Source: a virus
Reading direction: 5' to 3' (one strand)
DNA: 64,000 bases
IMG/VR virus record: IMGVR_UViG_3300025648_000015
Span: 1 to 64,000 of that record
The position numbers and the translations under genes were made by a program. Every line of letters starts with the position of its first letter. The first letter of the stretch is position 1. The notes under the pieces were generated by a model. That model was given only the letters and a program-made list of their open reading frames with translations. It searched no databases and was not told the DNA's origin. Below, piece by piece: positions 9,580-19,120 of this stretch.

Positions 9580-11961
9580 ATGTCGCAAAAAGACTGGAGT
9601 GCTTCAGCGGAATTTAACCGTATGAAGTCAGCCGGTATTACACTACCTAAGAACCCTATTGCTGGGCGTGTAGCCGCACGTGACATGTTAAAGCGTGCCG
9701 CAACACCTGGATCGATGATGAATGAAGTCGGTCCTATGGCAGCCGCTATGGGTGGCACTACGCAAGGTCGTGATCGACTAAATAAACTTGGTAGCAGTGG
9801 TCACATTAATCTAGAAGGTATTGCTAACACTCCCAATCGTAGATTAGCTGCAGCAACTGGATCAGATGCTCAATGGGCATTACCAAAACTGCATGACCCA
9901 TTTGAATACTGGCGTGAACGCACCTGGTGGTTCAATATGGAGGACCCAGATGAACAAACACGTAAGATCAGAGACTGGGCCAGACTTCTCTACACGACTC
10001 ATCATTTGGTTCCTGGACTTATTGATATCTATACGAGATTCCCACTCTTAGACATTGAATTAGTTCACCCAGATAAGCGTATTAGCGATTTCTACAACGA
10101 CCTTTTCTTCGATGGTCTTAATTACAATGAATTTCTTTATGACCTTGGTCGTGAACACTGGACCGTTGGTGAAGTGTTTGCTATGGGTTCTTGGCACGAT
10201 GGTATCGGTGCTTGGGAAGAAGATGAGATTATCAACCCAAACGATGTTATTGTTGCAAAGAACAGAGCTCTAAGAACTTATCAATACCACGTTAAAGTAC
10301 CTGAAGAGATTAAGCGTCTTATTGAACGCCGTGATCCCCCTCAGGAGTATGCAATGCTTATGCAACTTTACCCAGATGTTGTTGCGTGGGCTCGCCAAGA
10401 TAAAGAAATCCCTGTTTCAGATGTAATTATGAAGCAGATCAAATTTAAGACTAACCCTTGGAGCGAGCATGGTACTCCTATTCTTTTACGTGCTTTTCGT
10501 ATGCTTATGCTGGAAGAGAGCCTCAACGCTGCTCAGGATGCTATTGCTGACAGACTCTATTCTCCTCTTATTCTTGCTACTCTTGGTCTCCCGGACGTAG
10601 ACCAAGATGGTCCATGGATCCCAGACGCTCAAGAACTTCAATCATTGCGTGATGACTTGTCTATGGCAATCAACTCAGACTTCCGTTTAATGACTTACCA
10701 CCATGGACTAACGATCCAGAATGCATTTGGTCGTGAGAGCATGCCTCGACTTGACCAAGACTTTCTCCGTGTACAAACTAATGTTATGGGTGTATTCGGA
10801 ATTGGTAGTGACCTTATCCAAGGTGGTCAAGGTGGAACATATGCATCAGGTGCACTTAACCGAGAGTTAATTACTCAGATGCTCTCTACCTACCAGCACA
10901 AGATTGAACAATTTATTCGTAGTCGCATGGAACCAGTAGCAGAAAGACAAGGTCACTATGAAATGCGCAATGTCGGTGGTCAAATGGTTCCTGTTATGGA
11001 AACTGTTCTCATGGTTGATGAGGAAACAGGTGCTGAATACGTTGAAGAACGTCCAAAGCTAGCCATTCCAGAAGTTCGTTTCCGTAGTATGAACCTACGT
11101 GACGAGACAGTAGAACGTGGATTCCTACAGCAGTTGAGTGCTTCAGGATTCCCAATTTCCCTCAGCACTCTTGCAGTCAATATTCCAATTGACTTTGATG
11201 ATGAAATTGAATCACGTAAAGAAGAAAAAATTAAGACGGTTGTTGCTGAGCAGCAGTTCAAGAAAGAACTGTTCAATCGTCTATATACGCTACAACTACC
11301 TATTCCACCGGAATATGTACAGGAATACCAGGCCTACCTTGCCATGTTGGAAGATCCATCACTAGGAGCACAATTAGCTCCTGGTGCTATGGCTGGTCTT
11401 GTTACACCCCCAAGCGCACCTAATATGACTGGCAATACTGCTGGTAATAGCGATGCTGCTGCAGGAGCACAAGTCTACCCAAGTATCAACCAAGAGGCAG
11501 CACAAGAACGTCAACGTCCTGAAGAATCATACGAACAAAGAAAGTCTCAACCTAAGCCTTCTAAAAAAGGTCCAAAGAATGGTCCTAAAAAGAAGACAGC
11601 GTCAGTCGCTGGTTGGGATGAATATGATGATGATTCATTCGAGACGGTTACTTATGGCGACCGTATGAAATTTGCTGTACCTTTTGAACAAAAAAAGCGC
11701 AAGCGTATGAAGCTTGCTAAAGGTATGAGAATTATCGCTGACGGTAGCTACGAAAAGTTTAACGAAGACGAATTTAAGCAACACCTTGCGAATGCATTGA
11801 ACGATGATGATTCAATGATACAAACACCAAGCAATCCAGCGCATTCAGGAAATCCTATTGCTGATTCAGCTGGTAAGAATTCTGCTGGCGGAGATAGTGG
11901 ATTTGATGATCCAGCTATCATACAAACTGATCCAACAAAAGAAACAGGATCAGAACAATAA
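9580..11961 (+). CDS. Portal protein
   Basis: 793 aa upstream of protease/scaffold/capsid. GTPILLRAFRMLMLEESL and Gly/Tyr-Ala-Ser (GGTYAS) segments are typical of large-myovirus portals; long low-complexity C-terminal extension. Confidence 0.85.
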   Translation: MSQKDWSASAEFNRMKSAGITLPKNPIAGRVAARDMLKRAATPGSMMNEVGPMAAAMGGTTQGRDRLNKLGSSGHINLEGIANTPNRRLAAATGSDAQWALPKLHDPFEYWRERTWWFNMEDPDEQTRKIRDWARLLYTTHHLVPGLIDIYTRFPLLDIELVHPDKRISDFYNDLFFDGLNYNEFLYDLGREHWTVGEVFAMGSWHDGIGAWEEDEIINPNDVIVAKNRALRTYQYHVKVPEEIKRLIERRDPPQEYAMLMQLYPDVVAWARQDKEIPVSDVIMKQIKFKTNPWSEHGTPILLRAFRMLMLEESLNAAQDAIADRLYSPLILATLGLPDVDQDGPWIPDAQELQSLRDDLSMAINSDFRLMTYHHGLTIQNAFGRESMPRLDQDFLRVQTNVMGVFGIGSDLIQGGQGGTYASGALNRELITQMLSTYQHKIEQFIRSRMEPVAERQGHYEMRNVGGQMVPVMETVLMVDEETGAEYVEERPKLAIPEVRFRSMNLRDETVERGFLQQLSASGFPISLSTLAVNIPIDFDDEIESRKEEKIKTVVAEQQFKKELFNRLYTLQLPIPPEYVQEYQAYLAMLEDPSLGAQLAPGAMAGLVTPPSAPNMTGNTAGNSDAAAGAQVYPSINQEAAQERQRPEESYEQRKSQPKPSKKGPKNGPKKKTASVAGWDEYDDDSFETVTYGDRMKFAVPFEQKKRKRMKLAKGMRIIADGSYEKFNEDEFKQHLANALNDDDSMIQTPSNPAHSGNPIADSAGKNSAGGDSGFDDPAIIQTDPTKETGSEQ

Positions 11962-12030
11962 GAAGATTTATAATCATTCTTATAACGCACTAATTAATAG
12001 ATATCATATTATCTATTTTGGAGAATATAT

Positions 12031-12219
12031 ATGAGCACGCTCTTTAATAATGAAACACCACGCATTCTTCCTAAGACAGCTTTTGATAAGAAAAGTTTTC
12101 TTGAGATCGTTAGTCCACTAGTAAAGCTAGACATTATTAAAGAAGGCGAAGGCCGTAAGTGCCGCAATGCTCACAAACTTGATCTTACTAATAGTATTTA
12201 CGAAAAAATTGATGAATAA
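12031..12219 (+). CDS. Small hypothetical protein
   Basis: GGAG RBS; 62 aa. Confidence 0.6.
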   Translation: MSTLFNNETPRILPKTAFDKKSFLEIVSPLVKLDIIKEGEGRKCRNAHKLDLTNSIYEKIDE

Positions 12220-12221
12220 GT

Positions 12222-12560
12222 ATGTTAGCATCCTCATTCTTCAATTCTTCAAATGTATGGTTTGGCTACATAGCTAATGCTTTCTTTACCGTAGGTGCTC
12301 TTGCAGCATTAGCTAAAGTTGTTCAAAAGTATTTTACTCATCACAGTTCTAAAGAGCTAAGCCGTATTGAAGAAGAACTTGCTGTTACTAAAGCAGATAT
12401 GGACGACAAGCTAGAACAGTTACTTTCTCAGCACCGCAATAATGGTGGATCTAGTTCTAAAGATCAGTGGGACCGTGTAGAGAAAAAGGTTGACGGCATT
12501 GGCCGTGATTTGAACCGTCATCTAGGTTACCACGAAGGTTTACTAGATGCGGACGATTAA
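12222..12560 (+). CDS. Single-TM membrane protein with coiled coil (actinophage holin-associated type)
   Basis: N-terminal hydrophobic helix, then coiled coil, NNGGSSSKDQ and H-x3-H ending as in many actinophage membrane proteins. Confidence 0.6.
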   Translation: MLASSFFNSSNVWFGYIANAFFTVGALAALAKVVQKYFTHHSSKELSRIEEELAVTKADMDDKLEQLLSQHRNNGGSSSKDQWDRVEKKVDGIGRDLNRHLGYHEGLLDADD

Positions 12561-12927
12561 GAAGGTAAGTCACTGGGACTTCCACCCAGAGGTAAGATCT
12601 GGCAACGAAAGAACTTTAGGTGAAAAAGCTGCCGATGTTATGCGTCACGGCATGGGATCATGGCCTTTTGTTTTTTCATTTGTAATTATTATGGCAGCAT
12701 GGATGTTTTATAACGGTATGTCAAAACATCCTTTTGATGTTTATCCGTTTATTCTTCTCAACCTTATGCTTTCAACATTGGCAGGATTGCAAGGAGCTAT
12801 CCTTTTAATTGCTGCTAAAAGAGCAGATCGTATTGCTGCAGAATTAGCTGCGTATCATTTAAAGGTAAGTGAAGATCACCAAGATATGCTACAACAATTG
12901 ACTGAACTATTAAAAAATAAAATTTAA
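12547..12927 (+). CDS. DUF1003-family membrane protein
   Basis: GSWPF...W...N...FDxYPFILLNLMLSTLAGLQGAILL signature. Confidence 0.85.
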   Translation: MRTIKKVSHWDFHPEVRSGNERTLGEKAADVMRHGMGSWPFVFSFVIIMAAWMFYNGMSKHPFDVYPFILLNLMLSTLAGLQGAILLIAAKRADRIAAELAAYHLKVSEDHQDMLQQLTELLKNKI

Positions 12928-12986
12928 CACAACTTTAAACATTACAACGATGTAACGCAACTGTTAGCTTATCAAAGGCTTTGAAG

Positions 12987-13646
12987 ATGATAAAATTTGG
13001 TGCACCCACTGTAACCCTAATGGGAAGAGAGACTCTTGCTGGCCATAGCCAGTCTATTGAGCTGCACAACGTTACATTAGATGATTTTGATTTTACACCA
13101 GAACCTGGTTATGTTTATGCGGTGTCTAGAGCTATTAGTTCTAGAGTAAATGCTAACTACGACGCTTGGCCTGTAGACCAGATCAAGAAAAGCTACCGCA
13201 CTTTTGTTGGAAGACCAATCTATGTAGAACACAATAACAGTGATCCAGAGCGTGCTCGAGGAGTTATCCTCGATGCTGTTTATCGTGAATCTAAGCTAGC
13301 AAGTGGTATTACTGATGCTAGTGTTTATTGCTTGATGGAAGTTGATGCGCAATCATTTCCTAAATTAGCAAACGCAATTATGGAGGGACAGCTTAATGCA
13401 GTAAGCATGGGAGCTGATGTAGAAGGCACACAATGCAGTGCCTGTGGTAAGTACGCTAGCAAGCCTGCTGAGTACTGCACCCACATCCCTCGTTTAAAAG
13501 GTCGCAATGTAACTGTTTACAAACAAGGGAAGCGTATTGACAGCCTTGTTTATGAAAGTTGCATTAAGCCAAATTTCTTCGAGCTTAGCTTTGTTTTTGA
13601 ACCAGCTGATGAGAGTGCTTGGCTACTGCAGAAGAAACGTTATTAA
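12987..13646 (+). CDS. Prohead maturation serine protease (HK97/herpes-assemblin fold) with Zn-finger insert
   Basis: NANYDAW, PIYVEHNN (His), VSMG (Ser), CSAC...CTH, FFELSFVFEPAD; located between portal and capsid. Confidence 0.85.
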   Translation: MIKFGAPTVTLMGRETLAGHSQSIELHNVTLDDFDFTPEPGYVYAVSRAISSRVNANYDAWPVDQIKKSYRTFVGRPIYVEHNNSDPERARGVILDAVYRESKLASGITDASVYCLMEVDAQSFPKLANAIMEGQLNAVSMGADVEGTQCSACGKYASKPAEYCTHIPRLKGRNVTVYKQGKRIDSLVYESCIKPNFFELSFVFEPADESAWLLQKKRY

Positions 13647-13648
13647 CA

Positions 13649-14293
13649 ATGCCAATCCTTAAAGTTTCTGAAACTCTAAGAAAAATGGCATTGGAATTAG
13701 TTCGTGTACCTATTTCCATTCTTGGTGACTGCCCGCAGTGCCAAGGAAATGGTTACAGAGATGGTATTTGCCCGGATTGTAATTACATCGATCCTAGGGT
13801 TATGGATGCTATCAACGAGTGGCAACAGGCTCAAGGTATTCAACAAAAAGCTGCTTTTAGAAGTTTGTCTTTTGTAGATATGTTACCTGATGTTTCAAAA
13901 GCAAAGGTAAAATGCCCAAAATGTGGTGACCTTACATTTAACAATGATTCGCTTAAAAAAGGTGAATTATCAGGATCTTGCGAAAATCCTGGATGTGGTC
14001 ATGAAATTGCTGGAGCTTTAGGATTTAAAAGACCTAAGTTTCTGGGTATAGATCCTAGGATGATGAAAAAAGTTCAACGTAACTTTTTGAGTCCTGCAGG
14101 AATAAAGATCGAAAAAAATAAAAACAAGCTAAAAGAAAGTTCCAAGGATGTTTCTGATCTTGGTGCTTTACAAGATGATTCAATGAACGCTAGCATGGAT
14201 GCAACGACTCGCATGAAGAATATGCTCCAGCAAAGTGCTCAAATGGATGCACAAAATAAAAACGACGAAAACGCCGAAAGCAAGGAGCTATAA
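13649..14293 (+). CDS. Zinc-ribbon head-morphogenesis protein
   Basis: CPQC..CPDC and CPKC..CENPGC. ATG 13649 follows the protease stop. Confidence 0.6.
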   Translation: MPILKVSETLRKMALELVRVPISILGDCPQCQGNGYRDGICPDCNYIDPRVMDAINEWQQAQGIQQKAAFRSLSFVDMLPDVSKAKVKCPKCGDLTFNNDSLKKGELSGSCENPGCGHEIAGALGFKRPKFLGIDPRMMKKVQRNFLSPAGIKIEKNKNKLKESSKDVSDLGALQDDSMNASMDATTRMKNMLQQSAQMDAQNKNDENAESKEL

Positions 14294-15645
14294 TGAGCCG
14301 TTTCGATGATGAGCTGATCAAGCAGGCAGACAATGCCTACCAGCAACAGGTAGGAGAGGGTAAGACAACAACTCCTCGCCAAGAACCATACAACCAAGTT
14401 GACACTATCAATCTTGACAGTGGCTTTGGTGCTCCTGAAAAGGCACCAGCTCCTGTTGATGAAGTTGCTGACTGGATTGCTAACCAACCAATGATGCGTC
14501 AAATAGATGTTCGTGACCTTGACGCTGCCGACCAAGGTGAAATCATTGGTGGGCCTGGTTCAAGTGCTGTTTACGCAGAAGGAGGACCAGTGTATGCTGG
14601 AAAGAACCCAATCGATGAAAGTCTTTACAATGTTTACAAGTCTTCACGTGAAATCCGTGATGCAATTGAAGCACAAACTGATTTTGACTTCTCTAACCTA
14701 ATTACTGCTGCTAATGATGCAGCTACTGTTCTTCGTTTCGCTAGCGCCAACGATGAAGTTAATCAAGTTGTTGGTACTGTTGCTAGTATTGTTCTTGACA
14801 TTGAGAACGACCTTGCTACTACTGGTGACTACCGCCAAGCTTCATCTGATCTAACTCAGCTTGAGAGCCTTCTAGAAGACATCAACAAGTTTGCTACCGC
14901 TGATGGTGATACTGACGACAAGAAGTCTGAAGGCGATGCAGTTGCTGATTCAGACGACAATAAGACTGCTAAGAAGAAGTCTGAAGACGAAGACGAAGAC
15001 GAAGAAGAAGAATGCAAGAATTGCAAGGGCAAAGGTTGCGACAAGTGCAAGAAGTCAAAGAAGAAAGCTTCTAACGGTAACCAAGAATCACTTCAAGTTG
15101 TAGACGTTCGCGATCTAGATGATCAAGCTGGCGTTTGGGACCGTGATGAACTCATGGCTGCTGACCACAAAACTGATGTTCTTGTGCCTGAAGATGTAAA
15201 CGGTGAAGACGCCGGTTACGTACCATTCTACAATGATGGTGCTGAAACTGGTCGCACACCACAAGAAGACGAAGATCGTACCCCATGGCCTTACGATGGC
15301 ACTAACCCTGCCCTCGCTCCATACGCCGGTACAGTCGCCGCGGTACAAGCCTCACGTGAGAAGATTTTTGAAAGTCTTCAAATCGTAGAGCGTCTTGAGA
15401 AGCTTGGAATGGTCCAACACGATGACCGTGCTAAGCACATCGCAAAGTTTGAGCAAATGTCGGATGCAAAGCTTGCTGGATTCAAAGCTAGCCTCGACAT
15501 GCTCGAAGAGTCTGGGGCCCGTCAACCCCGGAGCCAGAAAGTGGCAAGTGGAAGTAATCGCTTGCCAGAAATGGGTCGGTTGACAACGGCCTCAACAGTT
15601 ACTCGTCAGGACATTCAGTCTGACGATTGGCTGATGACACTTTAA
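14293..15645 (+). CDS. Capsid scaffolding protein (putative)
   Basis: Very acidic, low-complexity, directly upstream of decoration and capsid genes; duplicated (I/V)DVRDLD motif. Confidence 0.65.
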   Translation: MSRFDDELIKQADNAYQQQVGEGKTTTPRQEPYNQVDTINLDSGFGAPEKAPAPVDEVADWIANQPMMRQIDVRDLDAADQGEIIGGPGSSAVYAEGGPVYAGKNPIDESLYNVYKSSREIRDAIEAQTDFDFSNLITAANDAATVLRFASANDEVNQVVGTVASIVLDIENDLATTGDYRQASSDLTQLESLLEDINKFATADGDTDDKKSEGDAVADSDDNKTAKKKSEDEDEDEEEECKNCKGKGCDKCKKSKKKASNGNQESLQVVDVRDLDDQAGVWDRDELMAADHKTDVLVPEDVNGEDAGYVPFYNDGAETGRTPQEDEDRTPWPYDGTNPALAPYAGTVAAVQASREKIFESLQIVERLEKLGMVQHDDRAKHIAKFEQMSDAKLAGFKASLDMLEESGARQPRSQKVASGSNRLPEMGRLTTASTVTRQDIQSDDWLMTL

Positions 15646-15671
15646 TCATCCCTAACTAAGGAGAAAGAAAA

Positions 15672-16190
15672 ATGCTGCAACTAAATAGCGTAGCTAACGT
15701 TGGGGTTCACCGTACGTGTACTCCATTGTACGAAAAGTACGAGGCTACTCCATACAACACGTTCCTGGACCCATCAGACACAACCAATATCTACTCAGGT
15801 ATGGTTATGTACCGTACCGGACCTGACACAGTAGCCAATGCTGGTACTGCTGTTACCGTTACTGGTGCAAAGCCTTTCGGTTTGTCTGCCCTTGACCGTA
15901 ACCCAAACATTGATGACGTAACTCAGGTTGGAATTAACGCATGGGCTGTATGGCTCGGCGGTTCTAACGCCTTCTTTACGCTCACTGCTCCGGCTTTTGA
16001 CACAACTCAAGCTTACAACGTTCTTACTACTGGTGTGCGTACACTTCTGTACACTAACGCCAATGGTCAGATCACTTCAGCTTCAGGTACTGCAAGTACT
16101 CTTGGTGCTGTTCCAGTAGCTGAGTTGATTGATGTAATCAGCCCAACGCAGATCACTGTTCGTCTAATCCCATTCGGCGCTACCGCCTAA
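15672..16190 (+). CDS. Capsid decoration/cement protein (putative)
   Basis: AAGGAG RBS; 172 aa immediately before the major capsid gene. Confidence 0.65.
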   Translation: MLQLNSVANVGVHRTCTPLYEKYEATPYNTFLDPSDTTNIYSGMVMYRTGPDTVANAGTAVTVTGAKPFGLSALDRNPNIDDVTQVGINAWAVWLGGSNAFFTLTAPAFDTTQAYNVLTTGVRTLLYTNANGQITSASGTASTLGAVPVAELIDVISPTQITVRLIPFGATA

Positions 16191-16214
16191 GGGTTTTTGA
16201 AAGGAAATATAATA

Positions 16215-17228
16215 ATGAGTTCAATTACTCCTAATGGTGCTGTAGCCGATCACTTGGCTCCACGTACTGCTAAGAAGTCTGACGATTATGTTGCAAGCAT
16301 TGTAGAGGCTCAAGAGCGTCTCGCTTCAGCAACTGGTCGTAAGACAGCTACTCGTGAAGAGAAGCAACGCCGTCTTGCAGGAATCCTTGCAGACAAGGAC
16401 AACTACATGGTCCGTCTCGGACAGGGTATGATTGGTCCTATCCAGCTTAAGCTTCGTTACCAGGGTATGACCCGTAACGTTCTTCTGGAAGATCCACTAA
16501 CACCTGGTGTCCCAGTTATGTACGATGTACTTGACGAATACGGTCAGGCTTACATTCTTTCTGGTAATGAAGGTGAAGTTCGCGTCACCCCATTCGAAGG
16601 TAAGAAAGTTCCAGTCCGTTTGTTCCGTATTGCTACATTCCCTCAAATTAAGAAGGAAGACCTCTGGTACCTACGTGTTAACATCGTTGAATACGCTCAG
16701 GACATGTCAAAGCAAGCTATCATGATGCAGGAAGACGCACGTCTTATCACTGTTCTTGAAGCTGCTATTAACAACTACGCAGTTGACCCTAACCACACTG
16801 TTTCACCTAACCACATCGTTAACGAGCTTTCAGGATACATTACTCCTGACTCACTCTACGACCTCGTGGCTTTGATTGAAGTTCACCAGTTGGAGGCTTC
16901 ACGTCTATTGTTCAACCCAATTGACTACCGTGACCTCTACAAGTGGGACATCAACCAAACAGGTTGGGCATTCAAGGACCGCGTTGTTGCCGGTGAGCGT
17001 ATCGTTCAATTCGGTGGCTTCCAAGTACAACGTTCAATCGAAGTACCACAGGGTACAGTTTACATGACACCATCACCAGAATTCCTCGGTGTGTTCCCAG
17101 TTATGTACTCACTCGATGTTGAAGAGAACCACACACCTGAGAAGTTCCACAAGGGATGGGTAATGGACGAGCTCGTTTCAGAGATCGTACTCAACCCACG
17201 TGGTCTTGGTAAGATCGTTAAGGCTTAG
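16215..17228 (+). CDS. Major capsid protein (HK97 fold, Bxz1-like)
   Basis: GAAAGGA RBS before ATG 16215; LGQGMIGPIQLKLRYQG..RNVLLED, RLFRIATFPQI, QEDARL, LNPRG; strong codon bias typical of high expression. Confidence 0.9.
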   Translation: MSSITPNGAVADHLAPRTAKKSDDYVASIVEAQERLASATGRKTATREEKQRRLAGILADKDNYMVRLGQGMIGPIQLKLRYQGMTRNVLLEDPLTPGVPVMYDVLDEYGQAYILSGNEGEVRVTPFEGKKVPVRLFRIATFPQIKKEDLWYLRVNIVEYAQDMSKQAIMMQEDARLITVLEAAINNYAVDPNHTVSPNHIVNELSGYITPDSLYDLVALIEVHQLEASRLLFNPIDYRDLYKWDINQTGWAFKDRVVAGERIVQFGGFQVQRSIEVPQGTVYMTPSPEFLGVFPVMYSLDVEENHTPEKFHKGWVMDELVSEIVLNPRGLGKIVKA

Positions 17229-17235
17229 TCTTAAC

Positions 17236-17286
17236 ACATCTAGGTGGGGTATAGGTTATATAATAGCTTATACCTCACCAGGATGT
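17236..17286 (+). terminator. Long stem-loop after the capsid gene (terminator or mRNA stabiliser)
   Basis: ACATC-TA-GGTGGGGTATAGGTTA-TATAA-TAGCTTATACCTCACC-AG-GATGT pairs with G-U wobble; no U tract. Confidence 0.6.
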
Positions 17287-17388
17287 AAAACTCGCATTAA
17301 AGAAATACCCTCGAAGTTGCAATAACTAGGTATCGAAAATCTCTTTACCTACCTAGGGAGAAATCCCCTTGAAGATAGGAGCATTAAA

Positions 17389-17955
17389 ATGGCAAGAACA
17401 GTATCACGTAGTGGTGACAATGGCGAATCAACTCCAGTTCCAGTAGTGGACTTGGGTGGATATGTTGAAGATCACCGTCCGGATCCTGCTGATCTAAGCA
17501 AGGCTCGTGCAGCTGCACCAGTCGCTTTCACCGGTATGCAAGAAATTAACACTGCAGACTGGATTGAGAACTTGATGGACAGTGGAACGGTGTTTTCTAA
17601 TCCTAAGGGTAGCTTTAAACTAGCTGGCCTTGGATACCACGGAAGCATCCAACCTATTCCAACTGAGATCCGCCAGGACCCATATGTACTGAGAGCCGTA
17701 CAACGTGGCCGCATTGCTTTCCTCAGCGAAGAGCAGGCTATGAATAAGATCGCTGATTTGAAGGATGAAAACAGTACTAGTGAAAGTCACATGGATCACC
17801 TCCGTGACAGTCTAGCTGCTGGTGCTAGTGACAACAATGGCATGTACAAGATTGACTTGCCAGATGAAGCTGAACCAAAGGGACCAAGCCAGTCTTGGGA
17901 ACAGGTTTGGGACAATAGCACAAGCACTCCTACTAAGCCTAAGAAGAACGCATAA
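17389..17955 (+). CDS. Hypothetical head-associated protein
   Basis: AGGAG RBS; follows the capsid gene. Confidence 0.7.
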   Translation: MARTVSRSGDNGESTPVPVVDLGGYVEDHRPDPADLSKARAAAPVAFTGMQEINTADWIENLMDSGTVFSNPKGSFKLAGLGYHGSIQPIPTEIRQDPYVLRAVQRGRIAFLSEEQAMNKIADLKDENSTSESHMDHLRDSLAAGASDNNGMYKIDLPDEAEPKGPSQSWEQVWDNSTSTPTKPKKNA

Positions 17956-17960
17956 CAACC

Positions 17961-17981
17961 GGTGGACTGCAAAGCTCCACC
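17961..17981 (+). terminator. Short GC-rich hairpin
   Basis: GGTGGA...TCCACC inverted repeat in the intergenic space. Confidence 0.4.
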
Positions 17982-17997
17982 CTTATAAGGAGCTTAA

Positions 17998-18264
17998 ATG
18001 AGCGACGAAATTAAGAACACAGTTAAGCCTAGTAACGTTGGTGCTGAGCCTGTTGGCGCAGTAATCCCAAGCGGTACAGTGCTCAGCGGTACAACAATCT
18101 ATAATGAACCATGGTTCAGTGTTTGGTTGCCACAGACATTCCCTGGAACTGTTACTGGTGGTGTAGCACAACCTACCTTGAGCGGTACTGGTTACCAAGG
18201 TGCAAACAATGTCGGTCTGGTATTCCAGAACGATCAATACAACACAACCGTGAGAGGATTCTAA
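17998..18264 (+). CDS. Small virion protein (putative)
   Basis: AAGGAG RBS; SG/TG-rich. Confidence 0.65.
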   Translation: MSDEIKNTVKPSNVGAEPVGAVIPSGTVLSGTTIYNEPWFSVWLPQTFPGTVTGGVAQPTLSGTGYQGANNVGLVFQNDQYNTTVRGF

Positions 18265-18265
18265 C

Positions 18266-18970
18266 ATGGCTATTACACCAAACACAGCAATAGAACAGGC
18301 TAATAAGCAGGCGCTACGTGGAGTAGCACGCGGTGGTTTTAATTCATACGCACCTTCTGCTATTGACCCTACTGTTTACGTAAATGCTGCTGCTACTACT
18401 AGTGGTATTCTTGAACTCGTAGTTCCTGCAACTGGTGCTACTACTTTCACAATCAGTGGCCCTAATGGAACTACTGCTACCCTTACTGGTACTGCTACTG
18501 GTACCCAGGTTAGCGGTTTGGTTTCTGCTCTTGCTGCTGGTCCACTTTCTGGTTACACATTTTATGTAAACGCCGGTGGTGCTAACTACATCAATGGTAC
18601 TACTACAACAATCATCGTTCCTTCCGGAGCTGCATTGCTTGTTGTATCTGGTACTGGTGGTGCTGTTCCTACCATTACTGCACTTGCATTCAGTGGTTCA
18701 AACGCTGAAGCTGTTACTTACCCTAACTATGTTGGTACTCCTAATTCTGCACCTACTTGGGTAGATGATGCTACTGTTCACGCTTACCAAGTTGGTATTG
18801 GTGGAGCACAGAACACACAAATCATTGAACAAAAGCAAGTTCGTCAGATTCTTACCGGTAACGGTCCTGATGGTGGTTCACAAACTGAACAATACAATGG
18901 TTACTTTGCTTCTTACAGCGGAAACCTTTACCAGACCGTACAGAAGAACACCAAGCGCCAGCAGTGCTAA
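18266..18970 (+). CDS. Gly/Thr/Ala-rich virion protein (putative)
   Basis: 234 aa; composition and position. Confidence 0.6.
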   Translation: MAITPNTAIEQANKQALRGVARGGFNSYAPSAIDPTVYVNAAATTSGILELVVPATGATTFTISGPNGTTATLTGTATGTQVSGLVSALAAGPLSGYTFYVNAGGANYINGTTTTIIVPSGAALLVVSGTGGAVPTITALAFSGSNAEAVTYPNYVGTPNSAPTWVDDATVHAYQVGIGGAQNTQIIEQKQVRQILTGNGPDGGSQTEQYNGYFASYSGNLYQTVQKNTKRQQC

Positions 18971-19120
18971 ATGGAACACGTACCTTTTAGAATAAAGGTA
19001 GATGCGGTTATAACTAGAGCGGATGGTGTCCAGGAAAACCTGGGCACCATTAGTTCTAATACGACAGAAAATAAAAATGATCACTCTACTGACGAACAAG
19101 ACCAGAAACAGTTTAGTTAA
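18971..19120 (+). CDS. 49-aa small protein not in the ORF track (MEHVPFRIKVDAVITRADGVQENLG...)
   Basis: ATG directly after the TAA at 18970, open to TAA at 19120; overlaps the next gene's start. Confidence 0.6.
   Translation: MEHVPFRIKVDAVITRADGVQENLGTISSNTTENKNDHSTDEQDQKQFS

Noticed and set aside
9580-11961. Intein or homing endonuclease in the long portal gene
   Set aside because: No intein terminal motifs or LAGLIDADG/HNH signature seen; the extra length is low-complexity terminal extension.
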